Origin: Planctomycetota bacterium
Lineage (GTDB): Bacteria > Planctomycetota > Phycisphaerae > Sedimentisphaerales > Anaerobacaceae
NCBI GenBank assembly: GCA_017885385.1
Contig: JAFNGF010000143.1
Coordinates: 9,884 to 45,175 of the forward strand
Direction: 5' to 3'
Length of the DNA stretch: 35,292 nucleotides
The notes beneath the pieces were generated by a model that was not told the origin of the DNA, ran no database searches, and saw nothing but the letters and a program-made list of their open reading frames with translations. The position numbers were made by a program, and so were the translations under genes. This document shows, piece after piece, positions 14,545-22,798 of this stretch; the stretch's first letter is position 1; the number at the start of each line of letters is the position of its first letter.

Positions 14545-14940
14545 TCATGGGTTCTCTTGGCTTACCGCCCGGTGATACAAAATGTCCTCGATGTTGCCCA
14601 GCAGCTCCCTCGGGCTGAATGGTTTGCTCAGACAGTCAGATATCTGCAAGTTCTCCTGCTGCTCTTGCGATATGGCGAAATTCCTGGCTGTCAGCAATAT
14701 CACCGGTATGTCCTTGGTCTGCTCAGTCTGCCGAAGCTTCTCCACGAGCTCCAATCCTGTCATAGCCGGCATCTGGAAATCCGTAACGATAATATCCGGC
14801 TTCTCTTGGCAAGCCAGCTCAAAGGCCTCCACGCCGTTTTCCGCCGACACAACCTCGTAGCCGTTATTGCGGAGCTTTATCGCCACCACGTGAACGATGT
14901 GTATCTCGTCATCAACCACTAAAACTTTCTTTCCCGTCAT
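14545..14940 (-). CDS. single-domain response regulator (CheY-like receiver, no output domain)
   Basis: ATG 14938-14940 has GGAGGAG upstream. The translation KVLVVDDE...DIIVTDFQMPAMTGLELV..ILLTA fits a receiver domain. The protein is 131 aa in total. Confidence 0.9.
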   Translation of the reverse strand: MTGKKVLVVDDEIHIVHVVAIKLRNNGYEVVSAENGVEAFELACQEKPDIIVTDFQMPAMTGLELVEKLRQTEQTKDIPVILLTARNFAISQEQQENLQISDCLSKPFSPRELLGNIEDILYHRAVSQENP

Positions 14941-15074
14941 TATTTCTCCTCCCCAACAGATTAGTATTCTGCATGATTTTGCGGTTAGCCGGCTGCTGTT
15001 TGCGATGGGGCTGCAACCTTTTTTGCCGCAGAGAGCACAGCCGGCTCAGAGTCCCGATGTATCGGGATATCTTT

Positions 15075-16553
15075 TTATCTCTGTAAACTCTGTGTACTCT
15101 GCGGCTCTCTCATCTGGGCGGTTGCCAAAGGCAGCTCAAAGCTAAACGTGCTTCCGACGCCGGGCTGACTGCTGACAAATACCCGGCCGTCGTGAACTTT
15201 TTCGACTATTTGTTTTACAAGGTTAAGCCCCAAGCCGGTCCCTTTTGCTTGCTTTTTATTTGCATCGACTCTGTAGAATTTATCGAAGATGTGTCCAATT
15301 TCATCCGGCGGTATCCCCACGCCCGTGTCGTTCACGGTAACTCGTGCTATACCCGCGGTTTCATCGACCGCTGTTTCAACCGAGACCGACCCTCCACTGG
15401 GCGTGTACTTTATTGCGTTGCTGAGCAGATTGACAATCACCTGCGAAATCATGTCTCTATCTGCGTACACCTGGTCATATACTATGGGCTTTTGCGTAAT
15501 CACGTTGATATTTTTCTCCTCAGCGTAACCTTTTATCATTTGTAGCTGCTCTTCTATAAGTATTGTTAAGCTGACAGGCTTTTTTTCCACCTTTATCAGG
15601 CCGGACTCTATGCGTGAGATATTTAGAATGTCTTCAATCAGGCGATTGAGCCTTTTGGCCTGATTCTGAATTATTGAGTAAAACTGCTTCCGGGTCTTTT
15701 CATCGTCCGCTTCGCCATCGGCGAGCATCTCCGAGTAGGCGGTAATGGAGGCAAGCGGCGTCTTCAGCTCGTGGGACACGTGGCTGACGAAATCATTCTT
15801 CATCTGGGATATTTCCTTCTCGCGCGTAATATCGTGCAGCACCGCTACGACCCCACAAATTTCCTGGCGCTGATCGTAAACGCAGGAAACGATGCAGTCG
15901 AAAGTCCTCGGCCTTGCATCCTGTGCCAACTGGATTTCCCGCCTGGTTGCCTCTATCTTGCTGCGCCTGCTCTGGCGAAGAAAATCTATGAACACACTCT
16001 TACTTTTGTCGACCAGCTCGCCAATGGGCTTATGCTGTGCGTTTTTGTAATCAAAGTCAAAGAGTCTGCCCGCGGCCTCATTGGCCATTAGCAACCTGTC
16101 GAGCTCGTCAATAACGATAACGGCGTCCCGCAGGCTGTATATAATGGCTTCAGTGTTTCTCTTTTGTCTGTGCGACAGTTGAATCTGGAGCTGCAGATCC
16201 TTAACTTCATTTTGGAGCCGATCTATCGTCCCAGAATACTCCTTGACGCGGTCATCAATCGCTCGGGTCAACTCCTTTGTGATCGCACTGAGCTTCGGCC
16301 TGTTGTTAACGGGCTGGTCTTGTTTTAACCATTTGGCTATGGACGTGACTGCCCCAGCCAGTCTAACGCAATGCCAGCCGAGCCAAATCACGCCCATAGC
16401 CGCTATGCAATACGCGATAAGAAGCGGCACATCGTACCACTTGCTTGCGGCTGCTGCGACGGGCGAATCTTTCCACCCGGCCAGAGTCGCCGCCAGCAAA
16501 CTACACACCACGACGGTGGTGACTATCGCGTATGCTTGTCTTGCAAACTTCAA
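15075..16553 (-). CDS. membrane sensor histidine kinase (2 TM, coiled coil, PAS-like, HisKA, HATPase_c)
   Basis: Motifs read: H-box SHVSHELKTPL, N-box NLLSNAIKYTP, and G-boxes DTGVGI and GTGLGL. The start is uncertain. TTG 16553 has GGAG 8 nt upstream and gives MKFARQAYAIVTT.... The track start at 16595 is also TTG and lies inside a hairpin repeat. Confidence 0.88.
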   Translation of the reverse strand: MKFARQAYAIVTTVVVCSLLAATLAGWKDSPVAAAASKWYDVPLLIAYCIAAMGVIWLGWHCVRLAGAVTSIAKWLKQDQPVNNRPKLSAITKELTRAIDDRVKEYSGTIDRLQNEVKDLQLQIQLSHRQKRNTEAIIYSLRDAVIVIDELDRLLMANEAAGRLFDFDYKNAQHKPIGELVDKSKSVFIDFLRQSRRSKIEATRREIQLAQDARPRTFDCIVSCVYDQRQEICGVVAVLHDITREKEISQMKNDFVSHVSHELKTPLASITAYSEMLADGEADDEKTRKQFYSIIQNQAKRLNRLIEDILNISRIESGLIKVEKKPVSLTILIEEQLQMIKGYAEEKNINVITQKPIVYDQVYADRDMISQVIVNLLSNAIKYTPSGGSVSVETAVDETAGIARVTVNDTGVGIPPDEIGHIFDKFYRVDANKKQAKGTGLGLNLVKQIVEKVHDGRVFVSSQPGVGSTFSFELPLATAQMREPQSTQSLQR

Positions 16554-16595
16554 AGTAACAACTCCAACTCTATTGCGTTGCACCGGGGCACCCAA

Positions 16596-16634
16596 CCCCG
16601 CAATAAATTGCGGGGCTAAACATTTAGGTGGCCC
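16596..16634 (-). repeat. copy (c) of the double-hairpin family, canonical orientation on the minus strand, between secretin stop and kinase start
   Basis: CCCCGCAATAAATTGCGGGG (16596-16615) overlaps GGGGCTAAACATTTAGGTGGCCC (16612-16634). Confidence 0.6.
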
Positions 16635-16660
16635 GATACGCTAGTTTCCTAGTTGTCTGA

Positions 16661-18463
16661 TTACCTGCTCCGCCACTTGGGAGCCGCCTGCCGGTCAACA
16701 GTCTCCAGCACAATCCTTTCCAACTTTTGAGCTTCATCCGGGCTTGTTTCAGCAAGAATCCTCTCTTTCAGCCGTATCGCCTCCAGGAACGTCGGACGCA
16801 GCCATAACGCGATGCCAAGCTCCTTCATTGCGGATTCGTTGTCACCTTCAATGTAGTATCTGGCAGCTTTTGCGTAACAATCGTCCGCCAGTTTTGCTCT
16901 GCCTATGCCCAGCATCTCGTCCTTTGAGCTCACTATCTTTCGGCTTACATCCTCTGCTCGAGCCTGTCCGTCAGTCTCGTTCGGCTCCTCGATAATGTGA
17001 GGAGTAAGCAGAACGACCACTTCCTCGCGCTTGGACTGATCAGCAGTACCTCTGAATAGCACCCCTACAATTGGGATATCGCCCAGCAGAGGAATTTGGG
17101 TTTTGCCGGTGGTAACTGTGTTCCTGAACAGTCCTCCGATAACTATGGTCTGGCCGTCTTTGACAATGATGTTGCTGACCAGCTCGGCGGAAGTTTCGTC
17201 AGGGATGTTGTTGGCTTTCAGGGTGCCGGAGCTGTCTTTGGGATGGATGTCCATCCGGATGTAGCCGTCGTTGCCGATATACGGCCTGAACGAAAGCTTG
17301 GTTCCGGTATCGAGGAATTCGACACTCTGAGTTGTGGAAATCTCGGTCTGTGTGGTTTGCGACTGGTAGCCGAGCTTTTTACCGATGTAAACCTGGCCAA
17401 GCTGCTTATTGACAGCGAGTATCTTCGGGTTAGCCAGAATGGTCACGTCGGAAACCTCTTCGATGGCTCTGATGAACCCCGCGATGTTGTCGTGGGCAAA
17501 GCCAACGGTCAGGCCACCGGTCTTGGTTACCTGGCCCGTGCCGGCAGACTTGAAGTAGTCAGACGACCCTCGTGTAATATCGCCAGCGGCCGCTGGTATC
17601 GCTGGTATCTGAGTCAGTACCCCCTGCAGTGTGCTCCAGTTGATGCCAAATTGCGTATCTTCGGTAAGCGTCACACTAAGGACCGTCGCCTCGATCAGGA
17701 CCTGTCTTGGCCTGACGTCAATTTCGCCCAGAAGCTGGGCTATCTGCTCAACGTTTTCCGGATAGTCATGCACAATGATAGTGTCGTTCATTGCGGTAGC
17801 ATCGCCGCCGCCGGTTACCTTGGTTATGGATTCACCGGTCGGGAAATCGGTTACGGCAGCGGTTGTAGTCTCCAAGCGACCGGTCTGGCTCAGAATCGGC
17901 GTCACCAGCTTCTTGGCTTCCGCGGCGGAGACGTAATACAGGGTAAACATCTGGTACACCATTCGCTCCGGGTCTTCCTTGATTTTTTTGAACTCGTCTT
18001 TGGTGTATACCTTGATTAGGCTGCCCTGCTGCTGATACTTGAAGTTTTCGCCTAAGATCGCATCCATCGCTTCTTCAAAGGTTACGTCTTTAAGGCTCCT
18101 AAAGGCCAGCTGACCGTCGACGCCCGGCGAAGGCACAATGTTCTTCTTATACAAGCTTGCCAGCATTGCCAGCGCGTCGCGTATGCCGAACTGTTCCTTG
18201 AGCTCAAACGACTGTACTGCGGCTCTTGCGGACCCGCCCGCGGCGGGCTGGACCGGCTGCAGAGCAGCTTGGCTCACGGCCACGGTTACTTCAACAGGCA
18301 TTAGGGACCCCGCTTGTCGGGAACCCTCATCGGGATTAGCTCCCATCGAACCTGGCTCGACGCTGCCAAAGACAGCGATCGCTATCACAGTCGATATGAA
18401 GCACGTGAGAGCTAGTCCCTTTCCAATCTGCATTTTGTCACTCACGCTTTTTTGTCTGTACAT
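16661..18463 (-). CDS. secretin (GspD/PilQ family) with a C-terminal TPR-like extension
   Basis: ATG 18461-18463 has AGGAG 8 nt upstream. The secretin C-domain motifs LANPKILAVNKQLGQVYIG and IPLLGDIPIVGVLFR are present. The C-terminal ~100 aa contain DDCYAKAARYYIEGDNESAMKELGIALWLRP. Confidence 0.9.
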   Translation of the reverse strand: MYRQKSVSDKMQIGKGLALTCFISTVIAIAVFGSVEPGSMGANPDEGSRQAGSLMPVEVTVAVSQAALQPVQPAAGGSARAAVQSFELKEQFGIRDALAMLASLYKKNIVPSPGVDGQLAFRSLKDVTFEEAMDAILGENFKYQQQGSLIKVYTKDEFKKIKEDPERMVYQMFTLYYVSAAEAKKLVTPILSQTGRLETTTAAVTDFPTGESITKVTGGGDATAMNDTIIVHDYPENVEQIAQLLGEIDVRPRQVLIEATVLSVTLTEDTQFGINWSTLQGVLTQIPAIPAAAGDITRGSSDYFKSAGTGQVTKTGGLTVGFAHDNIAGFIRAIEEVSDVTILANPKILAVNKQLGQVYIGKKLGYQSQTTQTEISTTQSVEFLDTGTKLSFRPYIGNDGYIRMDIHPKDSSGTLKANNIPDETSAELVSNIIVKDGQTIVIGGLFRNTVTTGKTQIPLLGDIPIVGVLFRGTADQSKREEVVVLLTPHIIEEPNETDGQARAEDVSRKIVSSKDEMLGIGRAKLADDCYAKAARYYIEGDNESAMKELGIALWLRPTFLEAIRLKERILAETSPDEAQKLERIVLETVDRQAAPKWRSR

Positions 18464-18507
18464 AGTTGTTCGCTCCTACAATTGAAAATCCTCAATTTTG
18501 AATTTCT

Positions 18508-19116
18508 TCAATTTTCAACTACCTGGCTCAGCTTCAAGGTCACTTGTGATTGTCCACATCTTATAGTCACTTGGTTCTGTTCAATCTGAACTACTTCACA
18601 ATCCAACGTGCGGACTCCTTCGCGGATGAGCAATTTATCGCCCACCGAAAGCAGTTTTCCGTTTATAAAAGCCTGGAGAGGGTCTTTTACTATTGCCTCC
18701 AGATTCAGCCGGGCCCCCAGCAAGTTGATTACTTCTCGATCGCCCTTAGCCGAAACGACTCTCACTTCTTCAGCGCCGGTTCGATTTTGCCCTTCTATGC
18801 CTTTGATTGACTTCCACCAATCGCCTGGCGCAAAAAAGTCCCTGGCGATGACATCGTGGCGGCCCGGAACTTTCGGCAGCTCCACAAAGGATATTTTAGA
18901 AGGCGTTGCCGGCTGTCCCTGCGAAGACGCCGATGTCTGCTGCATCGTCGGGTTCGCCTGAGCAGACTGTGGTGCGTCTTTGCGGAGCAGCCTAATCCAC
19001 ATAAATGCCATCACTGCGACTAAGCACGCCGCCAACACCGCCTTTTTCTTATCTGCCAATGCGCTAAGTATCTTATTAGCCTCACCATTGCTGCTATTTT
19101 TTGTCTTTCGCCTCAT
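18508..19116 (-). CDS. PilP-like / hypothetical inner-membrane-anchored pilus assembly protein
   Basis: The protein has one N-terminal TM segment (AVLAACLVAVMAFMWI), a low-complexity linker and a beta-rich C-domain. It sits between the PilO-like gene and the secretin. The call rests on position and architecture only. Confidence 0.5.
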   Translation of the reverse strand: MRRKTKNSSNGEANKILSALADKKKAVLAACLVAVMAFMWIRLLRKDAPQSAQANPTMQQTSASSQGQPATPSKISFVELPKVPGRHDVIARDFFAPGDWWKSIKGIEGQNRTGAEEVRVVSAKGDREVINLLGARLNLEAIVKDPLQAFINGKLLSVGDKLLIREGVRTLDCEVVQIEQNQVTIRCGQSQVTLKLSQVVEN

Positions 19117-19163
19117 ACCTTCTCTCTGAGGCCTCCAAGAGCACGTCGTTGCGATCAGAAACC

Positions 19164-19733
19164 TTATCCCGGCTCGACATTGGGCCTGTAATAAACGACC
19201 GCCCTTGTCTGCATACTTACCCGGCCGCTAAAATCGCCATCATTCACCATTCTTACACTCTCGATGCGGACGAGCCTATCTAATCGCTGCAACTGCTTAC
19301 AAAATTCAAATATCTGGCTCAATCTGCCTTTACACTGCACGTTCACAGGTATACAGCTCAGCTTATCCGCCGGACGAACGGCGGATTGATCGGCTTTTAT
19401 TTCCTCGCCCGGAGCAACCACCTGTTCTGTCAGATTATGCTGGCCCATCAAATTGGCTATCTGCTGCAGGAAGCTGCCAAGGTCTCTGCCGGCGGGCACA
19501 CTTGTTTGGTAGTTACAAACGACGCTTTCAAGCTGCTGTAACCTTTTTTGCAGATCGGGTAGCTGCCTCTGCTCAGCCGCCGCCTTGGCAATAACAAGCC
19601 TCTGTGCACTTCTTGCCCGGTTAACAGCCTTAACTCTTGCTCGCAAAGGCAGAAATCCGAGAATTATGAAATCGGCCACCAGCACCACAGCTACAACGAA
19701 AATTATTACTTGTTGTTTTTTCCAAGAGAACAT
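19164..19733 (-). CDS. pilO: PilO-like pilus assembly protein
   Basis: The protein has an N-terminal TM segment (VIIFVVAVVLVADFIILGFL), a coiled coil and then an alpha/beta domain. It sits in the conserved position after PilN. Confidence 0.65.
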   Translation of the reverse strand: MFSWKKQQVIIFVVAVVLVADFIILGFLPLRARVKAVNRARSAQRLVIAKAAAEQRQLPDLQKRLQQLESVVCNYQTSVPAGRDLGSFLQQIANLMGQHNLTEQVVAPGEEIKADQSAVRPADKLSCIPVNVQCKGRLSQIFEFCKQLQRLDRLVRIESVRMVNDGDFSGRVSMQTRAVVYYRPNVEPG

Positions 19734-19786
19734 TAGGCAACTCTGTCTATCTTCACCACTTTTTGCTCAGGCAATGTCCTGTCGAG

Positions 19787-20533
19787 TCACGACTCATCTT
19801 GTCGGTAGTTTGCCAGATAGCAGCTTATCTCAAACTCGCTTACCTGGTACTTGGCGGCTGCCGGCTGGGCATCGGTTCGCATCTGGCCGGATGTCTTTGC
19901 TGTCCTTGTGTCACCACCGGCCGTAGAGCTGCTGCCTGCATCGACCGTTTTGTAGCGTGAGAACGAAGGACGAACCAGGCAGAAATACGGCGAATCCTCC
20001 AATCTGCATATTAGCTCCGCTACATCGCTCGGATCTGAGGCAACACCATTTATTACGATCTTGAATCTGACCTTGCCGAGCAGCGGCGCCTGTTTACCGC
20101 CAAAACTGCCGCTTGCGACTCTAACCACAGAAGCGCTTGTGGCTTTCTGCTCGGACGTCTGGTCAAACTGTTCCGCAGTAAATTCCACTTTGCTCAGGAT
20201 AATCTTTGCGTCGACCAAGAAACTCATTTCGGCCAAAACGCTTGCCACATCAATTCTGGAAACGATTTCTTCGATGACACGTGCTTTTCTCTGCAATTCT
20301 GCAAGCTCGCTTTCAACCTTTTTGAATTCTCCCGATACACTCTGCGCCTGTGATTGCTTGGGGGCCATTTGAGCAAGCTCTGCTGTTGCCTTCGAAACCG
20401 AGCGAATAGAAACAAGATGCCACGCCATCATTACCACAAACATACCACCCAGAGCGACGCACTGCGTTCGGTAGCTGATTTGCCGGCGTCTGCCGCTTTT
20501 GTACCATTCTGGAAGAAAATCAATCTCTTTCAT
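19787..20533 (-). CDS. pilN: PilN-like pilus assembly protein
   Basis: The translation MKEIDFLPEWYK is followed by a single TM segment (CVALGGMFVVMMAWHLV) and a coiled coil. ATG 20531-20533 has AGGA 7 nt upstream. The alternative start at 20554 would overlap pilM by 17 nt. Confidence 0.7.
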   Translation of the reverse strand: MKEIDFLPEWYKSGRRRQISYRTQCVALGGMFVVMMAWHLVSIRSVSKATAELAQMAPKQSQAQSVSGEFKKVESELAELQRKARVIEEIVSRIDVASVLAEMSFLVDAKIILSKVEFTAEQFDQTSEQKATSASVVRVASGSFGGKQAPLLGKVRFKIVINGVASDPSDVAELICRLEDSPYFCLVRPSFSRYKTVDAGSSSTAGGDTRTAKTSGQMRTDAQPAAAKYQVSEFEISCYLANYRQDES

Positions 20534-20537
20534 ACGG

Positions 20538-21698
20538 CTATCCTGCGGCTCCATCCCAGCCCTTAAGGCTAAGCCCGACAGCTACGGCCCACTCACAAAG
20601 CAGGCCTCGCCTGTCACTGTCGAGATTTATATGCATGCCCTCGCCGGACAGGTTGAAGCCCTTCAACGGCTGGGCCGCCTCGATTTCAACCGCCAATCTT
20701 CGCGTCAAGACGTTAATCAACGTACTTTCGTATGCCTCACCTCCGGTTAAAAATGCTCGCTCGACGCGTTTCCCGCGGAAAGTCACGGTATAATATCTAA
20801 GGCACAGTGATATCTCCGCTGCCAGCTCTTCGGCAACAGCTCCTATGGCATCGGTTATGGCCTGCCGTGTCGCCGTATCAAGGGATCGACCGCCTTTGTC
20901 CGGGTCCTGGTCCATCAATTCGGCCTCTGATGTCAGTAAGCCTCTTTCTGCTCGAAGCCTGCTTCGGAGCATTGATGCTTCACTGATTTCGATGCCCAGT
21001 TTAGCCGCGATTCCCCTGTCGAAATTTTCGCCGCCAAGGGCCATCTGCTTAACGAAACAAATCTCTGTTCCGCGGCCAAAGACCACGCTGGTGAACTGGG
21101 CCCCTATATCCACAAAGACAGCTGTGCGCTCCTTGTCCTGCTGCCGCCTGAGAGACCTCTCAAAGCTCCTGAACAACGCGCACGGCACCGTATCTATGGC
21201 TACCGGCTTAAGGTTAGCCTCCTCAAGCATGGCAATATGACTTTTTATTGTTTCGTTGTCTGTGGCAAACAATATCAGCTCATTCTTAACCTCATCGCCC
21301 TGCTGAACACTGCCGGCAAGTATATATTTAATTGCGTCTGTATCCGGATTCAGTGCGAAGCGGTTGGCAGCTTCTTTTGCCAAGGTCTGCTCGATCTGAC
21401 CTATCTCGGTCTCAGACAGGCGCAGACTCGTGATCTTCAGCTTGTCATTCGGCAAACATGAAACGACATTTCGGCCGCGGAATTTACCGTCCGCCAATAT
21501 CCGTTTTATCGCCGAAACAACGAACTGCTTTCTTTCTTGGCCGTCGCCGTTTATCTTGGGATCAATGCGAACTTTGTCCGCCGCAAGAACTGCAATCTGG
21601 CTGTCATTAATCACCAGCTGGAGCATCTTGACATAGTTATGGCCGATGTCCAATCCTATCGGTCGCAAGCCTCGAGTCTTTAAGTTCCAGCTTAGCAT
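20538..21698 (-). CDS. pilM: PilM (actin-like ATPase-fold pilus assembly protein)
   Basis: IGLDIGHNYVKMLQL and VFVDIGAQFTSVV are phosphate-binding motifs of the actin/HSP70-like fold. The protein is 386 aa and directly precedes the PilN-like gene. Confidence 0.85.
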   Translation of the reverse strand: MLSWNLKTRGLRPIGLDIGHNYVKMLQLVINDSQIAVLAADKVRIDPKINGDGQERKQFVVSAIKRILADGKFRGRNVVSCLPNDKLKITSLRLSETEIGQIEQTLAKEAANRFALNPDTDAIKYILAGSVQQGDEVKNELILFATDNETIKSHIAMLEEANLKPVAIDTVPCALFRSFERSLRRQQDKERTAVFVDIGAQFTSVVFGRGTEICFVKQMALGGENFDRGIAAKLGIEISEASMLRSRLRAERGLLTSEAELMDQDPDKGGRSLDTATRQAITDAIGAVAEELAAEISLCLRYYTVTFRGKRVERAFLTGGEAYESTLINVLTRRLAVEIEAAQPLKGFNLSGEGMHINLDSDRRGLLCEWAVAVGLSLKGWDGAAG

Positions 21699-21715
21699 TT
21701 AGGTTCGTATCCTGA

Positions 21716-22216
21716 CTAGTTGCCTATCGAGATGTAGCCGGTGACAGGCTCTACTCTAATCGTCTTGGTAACGCCCGCTGCTTGCAGGCTGATGACGCCG
21801 CTGTTCAAAGCAGTGTTATTACCGTTAATGGGGCTTCCGAGATAATCAAACTGGACCTCGCTGGTGGCGTCAAAATTTGCATCGAAAATATCAACTCTAT
21901 TTAGTCTGCGGTCGTTACGGAAATCTACGACGTAATTGAATCCTTTTTTTACCGGGTGCGGTATTACGTTGTCATTCTGATCCTTTATCTGGTAAGTCTC
22001 AGCAGCTTTATCAAAAACCACAGAAAAATTTTGGCCTCTGCTGATTGCCATACTTTTAGCGTATTCCAGGTCCGCTGCGACAATGTTTGCCGCGGATTCA
22101 ATCTGTATGCTTGCCGCCGACGACATCATAGGTACTACCATCATCCCTGCTATGGCCAGCAGCACTACCACAATAAGAATCTCAATAATCGTAAAGGCAC
22201 GGGCACAAAAAACCAT
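21716..22216 (-). CDS. GspH/FimT-like pseudopilin (prepilin-type N-terminal methylation domain)
   Basis: ATG 22214-22216 has GAGGAGG 11 nt upstream, whereas the track start at 22225 is GTG. The N-terminus is MVFCARA|FTIIEILIVVVLLAIAG with Glu at +5. Confidence 0.8.
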   Translation of the reverse strand: MVFCARAFTIIEILIVVVLLAIAGMMVVPMMSSAASIQIESAANIVAADLEYAKSMAISRGQNFSVVFDKAAETYQIKDQNDNVIPHPVKKGFNYVVDFRNDRRLNRVDIFDANFDATSEVQFDYLGSPINGNNTALNSGVISLQAAGVTKTIRVEPVTGYISIGN

Positions 22217-22250
22217 CTTACACACTGCCTCCTCTCAAATGACAAAAGGC

Positions 22251-22394
22251 CAAATACGAAACCCGAAGCATAAAATACGAAACAAATACAGATGACAAAA
22301 ATACAGAACTCGAAACAAGTCGAGCAGCGTCCTGAACATTCGGCGTTTGAAGCTCGAATTTGTTTCGGATTTCGATATTCGATATTCGAGTTTT
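22251..22394. repeat. composite A/T-rich short-period repeat block with dyad symmetry
   Basis: On the left, AAATACGAAAC occurs twice (22252, 22273) 21 nt apart, with AATACAGA variants nearby. On the right (22360-22394) are five heptamers: TTGTTTC GGATTTC GATATTC GATATTC GAGTTTT. GTTTCGGATTT is a 10/11 reverse complement of AAATACGAAAC. Confidence 0.75.
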
Positions 22395-22688
22395 TGCTTC
22401 TTGGCTCATTATGAACCCTACCTCCGTCTTCTTTTCGGCTCGTTTTAGCTGTGCCTTTACCTGCACGTTAGCCGGCTCGGACGAACCTGCCGGCACTGCC
22501 AACCCAGGATCCGCTGAAGTTAACAGAACATACACTCACTTTCGACTTACCGGCACAACTTCAGGCCGCACGTGCGGCGATACAAATGTCACATCCCATA
22601 CTTTATGCAGTTAAGGCCAACAAAATTGGCACAATCGTCAAGGCAACAGAGCAAGAAAAGTAGAGGCAAAACGCCGCCTTGAAGACGT

Positions 22689-22727
22689 GGCTGAATATTC
22701 AGCCCCACGTCTCACGTGGGGTTTTTT
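22689..22727 (+). repeat. copy (e) of the double-hairpin family, with a T-run on the plus strand
   Basis: GGCTGAATATTCAGCC (a perfect 16-nt palindrome, 22689-22704) overlaps CCCCACGT-CTC-ACGTGGGG (22703-22721), followed by TTTTTT (22722-22727). Confidence 0.65.
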
Positions 22728-22798
22728 CTTATTCGTCGCATACAAAGGCCGATAAGCAGCTTCTGCCTCGGCCACTCAAGAAAACCCATAAGCGCTTA

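Noticed and set aside
22218-22535. 105-aa minus-strand ORF in the 573-bp gap
   Set aside because: It reads through the short-period repeats (..ISNIEIRNKFEL.., ..SSVFLSSVFVSYF..) and overlaps the real H-like pseudopilin start. It has no RBS and no recognisable fold.
22627-22641. Sigma-54-like TGGCAC-N5 motif (TGGCACAATCGTCAA), and a near twin at 27081-27095 (TGGCACAATACTTCA)
   Set aside because: Both are on the plus strand, pointing away from the minus-strand pilin and assembly genes. The -12 element (TTGC) is not matched. No EBP-type activator is present in the window. The shared 9-mer TGGCACAAT upstream of hairpin copies e and b is curious, but two occurrences could be chance.
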